This document shows positions 1 through 14,100 of a DNA stretch of 64,000 nt, one piece after another. The notes beneath the pieces were generated by a model, which saw nothing but the letters and a program-made list of their open reading frames with translations, did not search any database and was not told the DNA's origin. Source of the stretch: Eledone cirrhosa (lineage: Eukaryota); contig OZ024766.1 of the NCBI GenBank assembly GCA_964016885.1, forward strand, positions 6,262,001 to 6,326,000, in the 5' to 3' direction. Position numbers and translations under genes: made by a program. How positions within the stretch are numbered: position 1 is the first letter of the stretch; every line of letters begins with the position of its first letter.

Positions 1-3000
1 TACATTACTCTATATATACTATTGTATTTTCACAGTAAAGGCTTTACCTCACATAATATCCCACATAACATTTACATTACTCTATATATACTATTGTATT
101 TTCACAGTAAAGGCTTTACTTCACATAATATCCCACATAACATTTACATTACTCTATATATACTATTGTATTTTCACAGTAAAGGCTTTACCCCACATAA
201 TATCTCACATAGCATTTACATTACTCTATATATACTATTGTATTGTCACAGTAAAGGCTTTACCTCACATAATATCTCACATAACATTTACATTACTCTA
301 TATATACTATTGTATTTTCACAGTAAAGGCTTTACCTCACATAATATCTCACATAGCATTTACATTACTCTATATATACTATTGTATTGTCACAGTAAAG
401 GCTTTACCTCACATAATACCTCACATAACATTTACATTACTCTATATATACTATTGTATTTTCACAGTAAAGGCTTTACCTCACATAATATCTCACATAA
501 CATTTACATTACTCTATATATACTATTGTATTGTCACAGTAAAGGCTTTACCTCACATAATATCTCACATAACATTTAAATTACTCTATATATACTATTG
601 TATTGTCACAGTAAAGGCTTTACCTCACATAATATCTCACATAACATTTACATTACTCTATATATACTATTGTATTGTCACAGTAAAGGCTTTACTTCAC
701 ATAATATCTCACATAACATTTACATTACTCTATATATACTATTGTATTTTCACAGTAAAGGCTTTACCTCACATAATATCTCACATAACATTTACATTAC
801 TCTATATATACTATTGTATTGTCACAGTAAAGGCTTTACCTCACATAATATCTCACATAACATTTACATTACTCTATATATACTATTGTATTGTCACAGT
901 AAAGGCTTTACTTCACATAATATCTCACATAACATTTACATTACTCTATATATACTATTGTATTTTCACAGTAAAGGCTTTACCTCACATAATATCTCAC
1001 ATAACATTTACATTACTCTATATATACTATTGTATTGTCACAGTAAAGGCTTTACCTCACATAATATCTCACATAACATTTACATTACTCTATATATACT
1101 ATTGTATTTTCACAGTAAAGGCTTTACCTCACATAATACCTCACATAACATTTACATTACTCTATATATACTATTGTATTGTCACAGTAAAGGCTTTACC
1201 TCACATAATATCTCACATAACATTTACATTACTCTATATATACTATTGTATTTTCACAGTAAAGGCTTTACCTCACATAATATCTCACATAACATTTACA
1301 TTACTCTATATATACTATTGTATTGTCACATTAAAGGCTTTACCTCACATAATATCTCACATACCATTTACATTACTCTATATATACTATTGTATTGTCA
1401 CAGTAAAGGCTTTACTTCACATAATATCTCACATAACATTTACATTACTCTATATATACTATTGTATTGTCACAGTAAAGGCTTTACCTCACATAATATC
1501 TCACATAACATTTACATTACTCTATATATACTATTGTATTGTCACAGTAAAGGCTTTACTTCACATAATATCTCACATAACATTTACATTACTCTATATA
1601 TACTATTGTATTTTCACAGTAAAGGCTTTACCTCACATAATATCTCACATAACATTTACATTACTCTATATATACTATTGTATTGTCACAGTAAAGGCTT
1701 TACCTCACATAATATCTCACATAACATTTAAATTACTCTATATATACTATTGTATTGTCACAGTAAAGGCTTTACCTCACATAATATCTCACATAACATT
1801 TACATTACTCTATATATACTATTGTATTGTCACAGTAAAGGCTTTACTTCACATAATATCTCACATAACATTTACATTACTCTATATATACTATTGTATT
1901 TTCACAGTAAAGGCTTTACCTCACATAATATCTCACATAACATTTACATTACTCTATATATACTATTGTATTGTCACAGTAAAGGCTTTACCTCACATAA
2001 TATCTCACATAACATTTACATTACTCTATATATACTATTGTATTGTCACAGTAAAGGCTTTACTTCACATAATATCTCACATAACATTTACATTACTCTA
2101 TATATACTATTGTATTTTCACAGTAAAGGCTTTACCTCACATAATATCTCACATAACATTTACATTACTCTATATATACTATTGTATTGTCACAGTAAAG
2201 GCTTTACCTCACATAATATCTCACATAACATTTACATTACTCTATATATACTATTGTATTTTCACAGTAAAGGCTTTACCTCACATAATACCTCACATAA
2301 CATTTACATTACTCTATATATACTATTGTATTGTCACAGTAAAGGCTTTACCTCACATAATATCTCACATAACATTTACATTACTCTATATATACTATTG
2401 TATTTTCACAGTAAAGGCTTTACCTCACATAATATCTCACATAACATTTACATTACTCTATATATACTATTGTATTGTCACATTAAAGGCTTTACCTCAC
2501 ATAATATCTCACATACCATTTACATTACTCTATATATACTATTGTATTGTCACAGTAAAGGCTTTACTTCACATAATATCTCACATAACATTTACATTAC
2601 TCTATATATACTATTGTATTTTCACAGTAAAGGCTTTACCTCACATAATACCTCACATAACATTTACATTACTCTATATATACTATTGTATTTTCACAGT
2701 AAAGTCTTTACCTTACATAATACCTCACATAGCATTTACATTACTCTATATATACTATTGTATTTTCACAGTAAAGGCTTTACCTCACATAATATCTCAC
2801 ATAACATTTACATTACTCTATATATACTATTGTATTTTCACAGTAAAGGCTTTACCTCACATAATATCTCACATAACATTTACATTACTCTATATATACT
2901 ATTGTATTTTCACAGTAAAGGCTTTACCTCACATAATATCTCACATAACATTTACATTACTCTATATATACTATTGTATTTTCACAGTAAAGGCTTTACC

Positions 3001-3090
3001 TCACATAATACCTCACATAACATTTACATTACTCTATATATACTATTGTATTTTCACAGTAAAGGCTTTACCTCACATAATTATCTCTCA
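1..3090 (+). repeat. 72-bp tandem array (~43 units, runs off the left edge) with an internal 1152-bp (16-mer) higher-order duplication
   Basis: Unit cattactctatatatactattgtattttcacagtaaaggctttacctcacataatatctcacataacattta. Rare variants recur 1152 bp apart (atttaaatt ~578/1730; cattaaagg ~1330/2482). The same unit lies inside the TIR element at 43463-44185. Confidence 0.97.
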
Positions 3091-3444
3091 CATAATATCG
3101 AATCTATTGGTTAGTATTCAGTTTTGGTTTAAGTTTTACCGGTTACGCATTTCTAATGCTTTTCAAAAATAATTTTGAGATAGAGCGCCCGTGATGTTTG
3201 CTCTAATCTGATTAGTTTTGGAAATTCTACCTCTTTTATGAAAAAAAAGTGGCTCCAGATATATATATATATATATATACACATAATATATAAGATCAAA
3301 AGATGGTTAAAAGAGTTCCATGTATTTTAACCTTCTTTTGATCTTATATATTATGTATACTCCAGTCCTACAAACTGTAGAGTGCTTCTTATCCGATATC
3401 TGCATTGCTTTATTGTACTACAATAAAACTCACCTCCTACATTA

Positions 3445-3509
<65 letters not shown>

Positions 3510-3766
3510 ATTGACATATATAGACATACGTACATACATATACATATATATTTACATGTAGACACATACACACAATTCATATATATATATATATATACAC
3601 CTTATTGACCTATAGACATATATACATATATATATTTGATTAATCAATGAACCTTGTTTAACTTTTGATCATATATATATATATATATATATACACATCT
3701 GATGTAGTGTATATATATATATATATACATCTGATGTAGTGTACATATATATATCTGAATATATAG

Positions 3767-3797
<31 letters not shown>

Positions 3798-3804
3798 ACA
3801 AAGG

Positions 3805-3998
3805 AAATGTGGTAAGGAACCAGGTGGACCATAACGCACCAAAGTACTCAATACTTAGGGTAGTAGAGTGGGTAATAGGAACGAGGAGGACCCAGACGGC
3901 TGAGCTCAAGCCGTTTCGACGGCTAATTCTGGACTAAATTAGTCCAGAATTAGCCGTCGAAACGGCTTGAGCTCAGCCGTCGGGGTCCTACTCGTTCC

Positions 3999-4001
<3 letters not shown>
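3805..4001. mobile_element. Short interspersed element with a foldback (two ~63-bp arms centred on 3938), embedded in (TA)n; probable Penelope-like relic
   Basis: ataggaacgag...ggactaa A ttagtcc...ctcgttcctat. The same family occurs at 22659-22800, 31917-32230, 36460-36535 and 41560-41665. The Penelope assignment is inference. Confidence 0.6.
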
Positions 4002-4030
<29 letters not shown>

Positions 4031-4041
4031 TATATACACAC

Positions 4042-4072
<31 letters not shown>

Positions 4073-4637
4073 TACATCAGCAGCAAGTCATAGTTTTACA
4101 CCCTAGTGGGAAGAATTAAGAATTGGTCACCGAACCATGACTAATCTCTCAACCTCACTGAAAGCTTGGAAGGGTACAACCCATAGCTTCTTTAATATAT
4201 CTGCCATTGTGTAGGGGTAGATGAGTGCAAGGCTACTGTGATTCTTGGCTTAATGTAATCAATAATAGCAGATCAATATATATTTGGTTTATTGATTTGT
4301 CTTCCAGTTGTTGTCCAGATCTTAGTTTTATATATGTTAAAAGTCATTTTCCCTGAGTGGATCTGTGTGTGTGCGTGTATATATATATATATGTGTGTGT
4401 GTGTATATATATATATGTGTGTGTGTGTGTGTATATATATGAGAAAAACCACAGACCATCCATCTCAATTCTACTTTTGAAAAGCAGAACTGCGAAACCG
4501 GTAAAGGAACCAAATAAATATATTTTTTTTAAATAAGATTCCAGTTGCATTTTCGATTTCATCTTTTTTTCTTTATACTTTCACTCGTGTAGGACACCTC
4601 GGTTTTTTTTCAGTTTGTAAAAAAAATCTCACTTTCT

Positions 4638-4639
<2 letters not shown>

Positions 4640-4668
<29 letters not shown>

Positions 4669-5200
4669 GTTTAACGTCCATATTCCATGCTCGCATGGGT
4701 TTGGACGGGAGTTTTCCCACTTAAGGCAAGAGTGGTTGTCTTGCTCGCATAGGACTGTCTGGCAGGTTTTCTACGGCTGGATGCCCTCCCTAACACCAAC
4801 CACGTTTACAGTGTGGGACTGGGAGGTTTTTACCGTGTTACCTACACGGCCACATTACAGCGTGGACTGTGTGTTTTTTTGTCGTGACACCTAATCGTCT
4901 GGTGGGTTTTCTACGGCTGGATGCCCTTCCTAACACCAACCACGTTTACAGTGTGGAGCTGGGAGGTTTTTACTGTGTTACCTACATGGCCACATTACAG
5001 CGTGGACTGTGTTTTTTTGTCGTGACACCTACACGACCTCATTTGTTTCGGGCTGGATGTTGTGGTACCAACATAACTTCACATTGAAAGGGGTGGTGTG
5101 GATGGGGTGGGGGTAGTGGGACGGGGGTGTATTTTTGTTAGAGGTGCCTACTGACTGTAGTAGGTTTCACTTTGTACTTAGGCAAGGCGGGTCTTCTCTA
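4640..5200 (-). mobile_element. RTE LINE 3' UTR fragment with (ATG)n tail
   Basis: Reverse complement of the UTR that follows the RTE ORF end at 35303; (CAT)n at 4640-4668. Confidence 0.8.
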
Positions 5201-5256
5201 TTACTGTAATTCTCTATTACTATACTTCTAATATATATATATATGTGTGTGTATGA

Positions 5257-5305
<49 letters not shown>

Positions 5306-5586
5306 TAGAAGGGGTATTTAATTTGTTGGAAATTCGACAAATATAAATGTTTATAACTGATTTAGAGCGCTCAACATATTCCTGGAGTAAATATTCAATG
5401 ATATTAAATAAATTTTTTATATAGTTTCCATTTATTTAATATCATTGTATATATATATAAATATATATGTGTGTATGTCTGTGTATATATATATATATAT
5501 GTGTGTGTGTTTCTGTGTGTGTGTGTGTGTGTATGCATCTGTGTGTATGTGTGTGTGTTTTTCTGTGTGTATATGTGATACGATAA

Positions 5587-6008
5587 GCCCTCAAGATGTA
5601 CTATGCTTTACCCTCAAGATGTGGTATGTTTTACCGTCAAGATGTGGTATGTTGTGCCCTCAAGATGTGCTATGTTCTACCCTCAAGATGTAGTATGTTG
5701 TGCTCTCAAGATGTGGTATGTTGTGCCCTCAAGATGTGCTGTCTTGTGCCCTCAAGATGTGCTGTCTTGTGCCCTCAAGATGTGCTGTGTTGTGCCCTCA
5801 AGATGTGCTGTGTTTTGCCCTCAAGATGTGGTATGTTCTACTCTCAAGATGTAGTATGTTGTGCCCTCAAGATGTGGTATGTTGTGCCCTCAAGATGTGG
5901 TATTCTGTGCCCTCAAGATGTGATATGTTGTGCCCTCAAGATGTGCTATGTTGTGCCCTCAAGATGTGGTATGTTTTGCCCTCAAGATGTGGTATGTTTT
6001 GCCCTCAA
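5587..6008 (+). repeat. 23-bp minisatellite (ccctcaagatgtggtatgttgtg), ~18 copies
   Basis: Direct inspection; it ends ~45 bp upstream of the CACNG-like acceptor. Confidence 0.95.
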
Positions 6009-6055
6009 CTTACAGTATGTCTTCAAAAACTGACCCCTTGTTTGTTTTGTTTCAG

Positions 6056-6190
6056 GAGCCATCCGGGTCTCAACCCCTTACCCTGTGGTTGCCCTGCTCA
6101 TGATTGTCATTGCAGCCATCATCAGTATCATAGGGAACATAAGGGCTGACGTGAAAACCCTAATAGGGGCAATTATATATGTTTTCTCAG
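6056..6190 (+). CDS. CACNG5-like: Stargazin/TARP (voltage-dependent calcium channel gamma-5/7-like), penultimate coding exon (TM2-TM3)
   Basis: Acceptor tgttttgtttcag and donor G|gtaaaa, phase 1-1. Encodes AIRVSTPYPVVALLMIVIAAIISIIGNIRADVKTLIGAIIYVFSG, resembling vertebrate CACNG5 MIRSATPFPLVSL...GIFFILSG (recalled). Joins in frame to 16964. Confidence 0.9.
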
Positions 6191-6234
6191 GTAAAACTTT
6201 ACACCTTTATTTTCTGACTTCTCAACAGTTTTCT

Positions 6235-7195
6235 GTCTCATCTCCTCTCTTCTCTCATCTCTCTTCTCTCATCTCCTCTCATCTCCTCTCTTCTCTCAGC
6301 TTCTCTCATCTCCTCTCCTCTCACCTCTTCTCTCATCTTCTCTCATCTCCTCTCTTCTCTCATCTCCTCTCCTCTCCTCTCATCTCCTCTCTTCTCTCAT
6401 CTTCTCTCATCTCCTCTCTTCTCTCATCTCCTCTCCTCTCCTCTCACCTCCTCTCTTCTCTCATCTCCTCTCCTCTCCTCTCACCTCCTCTCTTCTCTTC
6501 TCTCATCTCTTCTCTCTTCTCCTCTCTTCTTCTCTTCTCTCATCTCCTCTCATCTCCTCTCATCTCTCATCTCCTCTCTTCTCTCATCTCATCTCCTCTC
6601 TCATCTCATCTCCTCTCTTCTCTCATCTCATCTCCTCTCTTCTCTCATCTTCTCATTCTCTGTCTCCTCTCTTCTCCTCTCTTCTCTCATCTTCTCTGTT
6701 CTTCTCTTTTCTCTTTTCTCTTTTCTTCTCTCTTCTCTTTTCTTCTCTCTTCTCTCTTCTTCTCTCTTCTCTCATCTTCTCTCTTCTCTTTTCTCTTTTC
6801 TTCTCTCTTCTCTCTTCTCCTCTCATCTTCTCTCTTCTCTCTTCTCCTCTCATCTTCTCTCTTCTCTCTTCTCCTCTCATCTTCTCTCTTCTCTCTTCTC
6901 CTCTCATCTTCTCTCTTCTCTCTTCTCCTCTCATCTTCTCTTCTCTCCTCTCCTCTCTTCTCCTCTCTTCTTCTCTCATCTCCTCTCTTCTCTCATCTCC
7001 TCTCTTCTTCTCTCTTCTTCTCTCTTCTTCTCTCATCTTTTCTCTTCTTCTCTCTTCTTCTCTCTTCTTCTCTCATCTTCTCTCTTCTTCTCTCATCTTC
7101 TCTCATCTCTCTTCTTCTCATTCTCACTTCTTCTCATTCTCACTCTTCTCTTCCTCTCTCATCTCATTCTCCTCTCATTTTCTCTCTTCCTCATA
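6235..7195 (+). repeat. ~1-kb polypyrimidine (CT/CTT-rich) low-complexity tract
   Basis: Almost exclusively C/T on the + strand, starting 45 bp after the donor. Confidence 0.95.
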
Positions 7196-7354
7196 GATAA
7201 ATCTATTAAAAGACATTTTTCTTTCTTTGTGGTCTTTGACTATAATATCTGGTCAGCTGTCTTAGATCTGTCTGTCTGTATATATTGACATATCCCAGTG
7301 TTCTGTTGGTATTTCTTAATGCTGGCATAACTTCCAGTGTATATCTGGTCAGTT

Positions 7355-7470
7355 GGTTCAAATCCCATCGAGGTTAACTTTGCCTTTCATCCTTACGGGG
7401 TCGATAAATAAAGTACCAGTAATACACTGGGGTAATTGCTGGCCTTGTGCCAAAAGTAGAAACAATTATT
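7355..7470 (+). mobile_element. 5'-truncated tRNA-derived SINE (Nin-domain type)
   Basis: B-box ggttcaaatccc followed by gaggttaactttgcctttcatccttacggggtcgataaa. Confidence 0.8.
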
Positions 7471-7477
7471 ATATTAA

Positions 7478-7875
7478 CTTTTTCAAGTTTCACTTGAAGA
7501 GGAAAATCAGGGCGGAGGGGCAAGTGCTGTCTTCTAGTAAGTTTGTTGAAAGGTGGGTGAAAGTGGCAAGTCTGGTCCGAGTGAATGGGCCCACTCTGAG
7601 TATGCGCCTGTAGACTGAGGAGTGGGAAAACTGGGAGAGGGCGCTTGCCCTGGTGGTCAGGGTCACCGTGGCTTTTTTAATGGGCTTTCTCCACGAATGT
7701 CCCTCGGAAGTCTCCCCCTTATTGGGGAATTTTTTCATTGTTCCTTTTTTTGTTACATCCTCTGTTTTTTTTTGTTTTTTTTTACACACAGAAAGACCCA
7801 TTTGTACCGTCCTGTATTGTCCTGTACTGTCCTTAATGTCTACTTTATGTAAACCCTTGTGGTTAATAAAGAAAT
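7478..7875 (+). mobile_element. 3' end of an L1/Tx1-like LINE (ORF2 C-terminus, 3' UTR, polyA signal)
   Basis: FFKFHLKRKIRAEGQVLSSSKFVERWVKVASLVRVNGPTLSMRL* ends at 7613, then UTR ending gtggttAATAAAg. Clade assignment is from recollection of Tx1-type C-termini. Confidence 0.55.
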
Positions 7876-8119
7876 CATTGTTTATATATATATATATATA
7901 TATGTTTCTATGTCTTTTTTTTTTTCTTTTCTTATATAAATAATAAAAATCTTTACACGCACAAAACCCACATCGTACCGTCCTGTACCGTCTCTAATGT
8001 TTTTCTTAATGTCAGCCCTTGTGGCCAATAAAGAAATCATGGGCTTTCTCCACAAATGTCCCTCGGAAGTCTCCCCCCTATTGGGGAATTTTTCTTTGTT
8101 ATTTTATTTCATCCTCTGT

Positions 8120-11100
8120 TTTTACCGTCCTGCACTGTCCTTAATGTCTACTTTATGTAAACCCTTGTGGTTAATAAAGAAAACATTACACGCAAATATG
8201 CCCATTTGTACCGTCCTGTATTGTCCTGTACCGTCCTTAATGTCTACTTTATGTAAACCCTTGTGGTTAATAAAGAAAACATTACACGCAAATATGCCCA
8301 TTTGTACCGTCCTGTATTGTCCTGTACCGTCCTTAATGTCTACTTTATGTAAACCCTTGTGGTTAATAAAGAAAACATTACACGCAGAAATGCCCATTTG
8401 TACCGTCCTGTATTGTCCTGTACTGTCCTTAATGTCTACTTTATGTAAACCCTTGTGGTTAATAAAGAAAACATTACACGCAGAAATGCCCATTTGTACC
8501 GCCCTGTATTGTCCTTAATGTCTACTTTATGTAAACCCTTGTGGTTAATAAAGAAAACATTACACGCAGAAATGCCCATTTGTACCGCCCTGTACTGTCC
8601 TTAATGTCTACTTTATGTAAACCCTTGTGGTTAATAAAGAAAACATTACACGCAGAAATGCCCATTTGTACCGTCCTGTATTGTCCTGTACTGTCCTTAA
8701 TGTCTACTTTATGTAAACCCTTGTGGTTAATAAAGAAAACATTACACGCAGAAATGCCCATTTGTACCGTCCTGTATTGTCCTGTACCGTCCTTAATGTC
8801 TACTTTATGTAAACCCTTGTGGTTAATAAAGAAAGCATTACACGCAGAAATGCCCATTTGTACCGTCCTGTACTGTCCTTAATGTCTACTTTATGTAAAC
8901 CCTTGTGGTTAATAAAGAAAGCATTACACGCAGAAATGCCCATTTGTACCGCCCTGTACTGTCCTTAATGTCTACTTTATGTAAACCCTTGTGGTTAATA
9001 AAGAAAACATTACACGCAGAAATGCCCATTTGTACCGCCCTGTATTGTCCTGTACTGTCCTTAATGTCTACTTTATGTAAACCCTTGTGGTTAATAAAGA
9101 AAACATTACACGCAGAAATGCCCATTTGTACCGTCCTGTATTGTCCTGTACTGTCCTTAATGTCTACTTTATGTAAACCCTTGTGGTTAATAAAGAAAGC
9201 ATTACACGCAGAAATGCCCATTTGTACCGTCCTGTATTGTCCTGTACTGTCCTTAATGTCTACTTTATGTAAACCCTTGTGGTTAATAGAGAAAGCATTA
9301 CACGCAGAAATGCCCATTTGTACCGCCCTGTACTGTCCTGTACTGTCCTTAATGTCTACTTTATGTAAACCCTTGTGGTTAATAGAGAAAGCATTACACG
9401 CAGAAATGCCCATTTGTACCGTCCTGTATTGTCCTGTACCGTCCTTAATGTCTACTTTATGTAAACCCTTGTGGTTAATAAAGAAAACATTACACACAGA
9501 AATGCCCATTTGTACCGCCCTGTATTGTCCTGCACTGTCCTTAATGTCTACTTTATGTAAACCCTTGTGGTTAATAAAGAAAACATTACACGCAGAAATG
9601 CCCATTTGTACCGTCCTGTATTGTCCTGTACCGTCCTTAATGTCTACTTTATGTAAACCCTTGTGGTTAATAAAGAAAACATTACACGCAGAAATGCCCA
9701 TTTGTACCGTCCTGTATTGTCCTGTACCGTCCTTAATGTCTACTTTATGTAAACCCTTGTGGTTAATAAAGAAAACATTACACGCAGAAATGCCCATTTG
9801 TACCGTCCTGTATTGTCCTGTACCGTCCTTAATGTCTACTTTATGTAAACCCTTGTGGTTAATAAAGAAAACATTACACGCAGAAATGCCCATTTGTACC
9901 GCCCTGTATTGTCCTTAATGTCTACTTTATGTAAACCCTTGTGGTTAATAAAGAAAACATTACACGCAGAAATGCCCATTTGTACCGTCCTGTATTGTCC
10001 TGTACTGTCCTTAATGTCTACTTTATGTAAACCCTTGTGGTTAATAAAGAAAACATTACACGCAGAAATGCCCATTTGTACCGCCCTGTATTGTCCTGTA
10101 CTGTCCTTAATGTCTACTTTATGTAAACCCTTGTGGTTAATAAAGAAAACATTACACGCAGAAATGCCCATTTGTACCGTCCTGTATTGTCCTGTACTGT
10201 CCTTAATGTCTACTTTATGTAAACCCTTGTGGTTAATAAAGAAAACATTACACGCAGAAATGCCCATTTGTGCCGCCCTGTATTGTCCTGCACTGTCCTG
10301 AATGTCTACTTTATGTAAACCCTTGTGGTTAATAAAGAAAACATTACACGCAAATATGCCCATTTGTACCGTCCTGTATTGTCCTGTACTGTCCTTAATG
10401 TCTACTTTATGTAAACCCTTGTGGTTAATAGAGAAAGCATTACACGCAGAAATGCCCATTTGTACCGCCCTGTATTGTCCTGCACTGTCCTTAATGTCTA
10501 CTTTATGTAAACCCTTGTGGTTAATAAAGAAAACATTACACGCAGAAATGCCCATTTGTACCGTCCTGTATTGTCCTGTACTGTCCTTAATGTCTACTTT
10601 ATGTAAACCCTTGTGGTTAATAAAGAAAACATTACACGCAGAAATGCCCATTTGTACCGCCCTGTATTGTCCTGTACTGTCCTTAATGTCTACTTTATGT
10701 AAACCCTTGTGGTTAATAAAGAAAGCATTACACGCAGAAATGCCCATTTGTACCGTCCTGTATTGTCCTGTACTGTCCTTAATGTCTACTTTATGTAAAC
10801 CCTTGTGGTTAATAAAGAAAACATTACACGCAAAAATGCCCATTTGTACCGCCCTGCATTGTCCTGTACCGTCCTTAATGTCTACTTTATGTAAACCCTT
10901 GTGGTTAATAAAGAAAACATTACACGCAGAAATGCCCATTTGTACCGTCCTGTATTGTCCTGTACTGTCCTTAATGTCTACTTTATGTAAACCCTTGTGG
11001 TTAATAAAGAAAACATTACACGCAGAAATGCCCATTTGTACCGCCCTGTATTGTCCTGTACTGTCCTTAATGTCTACTTTATGTAAACCCTTGTGGTTAA

Positions 11101-14100
11101 TAAAGAAAACATTACACGCAGAAATGCCCATTTGTACCGCCCTGTATTGTCCTGTACTGTCCTTAATGTCTACTTTATGTAAACCCTTGTGGTTAATAAA
11201 GAAAACATTACACGCAGAAATGCCCATTTGTACCGTCCTGCATTGTCCTGCACTGTCCTTAATGTCTACTTTATGTAAACCCTTGTGGTTAATAAAGAAA
11301 ACATTACACGCAGAAATGCCCATTTGTACCGCCCTGTATTGTCCTGTACTGTCCTTAATGTCTACTTTATGTAAACCCTTGTGGTTAATAAAGAAAACAT
11401 TACACGCAGAAATGCCCATTTGTACCGCCCTGTATTGTCCTGCACTGTCCTTAATGTCTACTTTATGTAAACCCTTGTGGTTAATAAAGAAAACATTACA
11501 CGCAGAAATGCCCATTTGTACCGTCCTGTATTGTCCTGTACTGTCCTTAATGTCTACTTTATGTAAACCCTTGTGGTTAATAAAGAAAACATTACACGCA
11601 GAAATGCCCATTTGTACCGTCCTGCATTGTCCTGCACTGTCCTTAATGTCTACTTTATGTAAACCCTTGTGGTTAATAAAGAAAACATTACACGCAGAAA
11701 TGCCCATTTGTACCGCCCTGTATTGTCCTGTACTGTCCTTAATGTCTACTTTATGTAAACCCTTGTGGTTAATAAAGAAAACATTACACGCAGAAATGCC
11801 CATTTGTACCGCCCTGTATTGTCCTGCACTGTCCTGTATGTCTACTTTATGTAAACCCTTGTGGTTAATAAAGAAAACATTACACGCAGAAATGCCCATT
11901 TGTACCGCCCTGTATTGTCCTGCACCGTCCTTAATGTCTACTTTATGTAAACCCTTGTGGTTAATAAAGAAAACATTACACGCAGAAATGCCCATTTGTA
12001 CCGCCCTGTATTGTCCTGCACTGTCCTTAATGTCTACTTTATGTAAACCCTTGTGGTTAATAAAGAAAACATTACACGCAGAAATGCCCATTTGTACCGC
12101 CCTGTATTGTCCTGTACTGTCCTTAATGTCTACTTTATGTAAACCCTTGTGGTTAATAAAGAAAACATTACACGCAGAAATGCCCATTTGTACCGCCCTG
12201 TACTGTCCTGCACTGTCCTTAATGTCTACTTTATGTAAACCCTTGTGGTTAATAAAGAAAACATTACACGCAGAAATGCCCATTTGTACCGTCCTGTACT
12301 GTCCTTAATGTCTACTTTATGTAAACCCTTGTGGTTAATAGAGAAAACATTACACGCAGAAATGCCCATTTGTACCGCCCTGTACTGTCCTTAATGTCTA
12401 CTTTATGTAAACCCTTGTGGTTAATAAAGAAAACATTACACGCAGAAATGCCCATTTGTACCGCCCTGTACTGTCCTTAATGTCTACTTTATGTAAACCC
12501 TTGTGGTTAATAAAGAAAACATTACACGCAGAAATGCCCATTTGTACCGCCCTGTACTGTCCTTAATGTCTACTTTATGTAAACCCTTGTGGTTAATAAA
12601 GAAAACATTACACGCAGAAATGCCCATTTGTACCGTCCTGTACTGTCCTGTACTGTCCTTAATGTCTACTTTATGTAAACCCTTGTGGTTAATAAAGAAA
12701 ACATTACACGCAGAAATGCCCATTTGTACCGTCCTGCATTGTCCTGCACTGTCCTTAATGTCTACTTTATGTAAACCCTTGTGGTTAATAAAGAAAACAT
12801 TACACGCAGAAATGCCCATTTGTACCGCCCTGTATTGTCCTGTACTGTCCTTAATGTCTACTTTATGTAAACCCTTGTGGTTAATAAAGAAAACATTACA
12901 CGCAGAAATGCCCATTTGTACCGCCCTGTATTGTCCTGTACTGTCCTTAATGTCTACTTTATGTAAACCCTTGTGGTTAATAAAGAAAACATTACACGCA
13001 GAAATGCCCATTTGTACCGTCCTGCATTGTCCTGCACTGTCCTTAATGTCTACTTTATGTAAACCCTTGTGGTTAATAAAGAAAACATTACACGCAGAAA
13101 TGCCCATTTGTACCGCCCTGTATTGTCCTGTACTGTCCTTAATGTCTACTTTATGTAAACCCTTGTGGTTAATAAAGAAAACATTACACGCAGAAATGCC
13201 CATTTGTACCGCCCTGTATTGTCCTGCACTGTCCTTAATGTCTACTTTATGTAAACCCTTGTGGTTAATAAAGAAAACATTACACGCAGAAATGCCCATT
13301 TGTACCGTCCTGTATTGTCCTGTACTGTCCTTAATGTCTACTTTATGTAAACCCTTGTGGTTAATAAAGAAAACATTACACGCAGAAATGCCCATTTGTA
13401 CCGTCCTGCATTGTCCTGCACTGTCCTTAATGTCTACTTTATGTAAACCCTTGTGGTTAATAAAGAAAACATTACACGCAGAAATGCCCATTTGTACCGC
13501 CCTGTATTGTCCTGTACTGTCCTTAATGTCTACTTTATGTAAACCCTTGTGGTTAATAAAGAAAACATTACACGCAGAAATGCCCATTTGTACCGCCCTG
13601 TATTGTCCTGCACTGTCCTGTATGTCTACTTTATGTAAACCCTTGTGGTTAATAAAGAAAACATTACACGCAGAAATGCCCATTTGTACCGCCCTGTATT
13701 GTCCTGCACCGTCCTTAATGTCTACTTTATGTAAACCCTTGTGGTTAATAAAGAAAACATTACACGCAGAAATGCCCATTTGTACCGCCCTGTATTGTCC
13801 TGCACTGTCCTTAATGTCTACTTTATGTAAACCCTTGTGGTTAATAAAGAAAACATTACACGCAGAAATGCCCATTTGTACCGCCCTGTATTGTCCTGTA
13901 CTGTCCTTAATGTCTACTTTATGTAAACCCTTGTGGTTAATAAAGAAAACATTACACGCAGAAATGCCCATTTGTACCGCCCTGTACTGTCCTGCACTGT
14001 CCTTAATGTCTACTTTATGTAAACCCTTGTGGTTAATAAAGAAAACATTACACGCAGAAATGCCCATTTGTACCGTCCTGTACTGTCCTTAATGTCTACT

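Noticed and set aside
4080-4360. Possible upstream CACNG exon at ttgtcttccag
   Set aside because: No family similarity and no convincing phase-1 donor.
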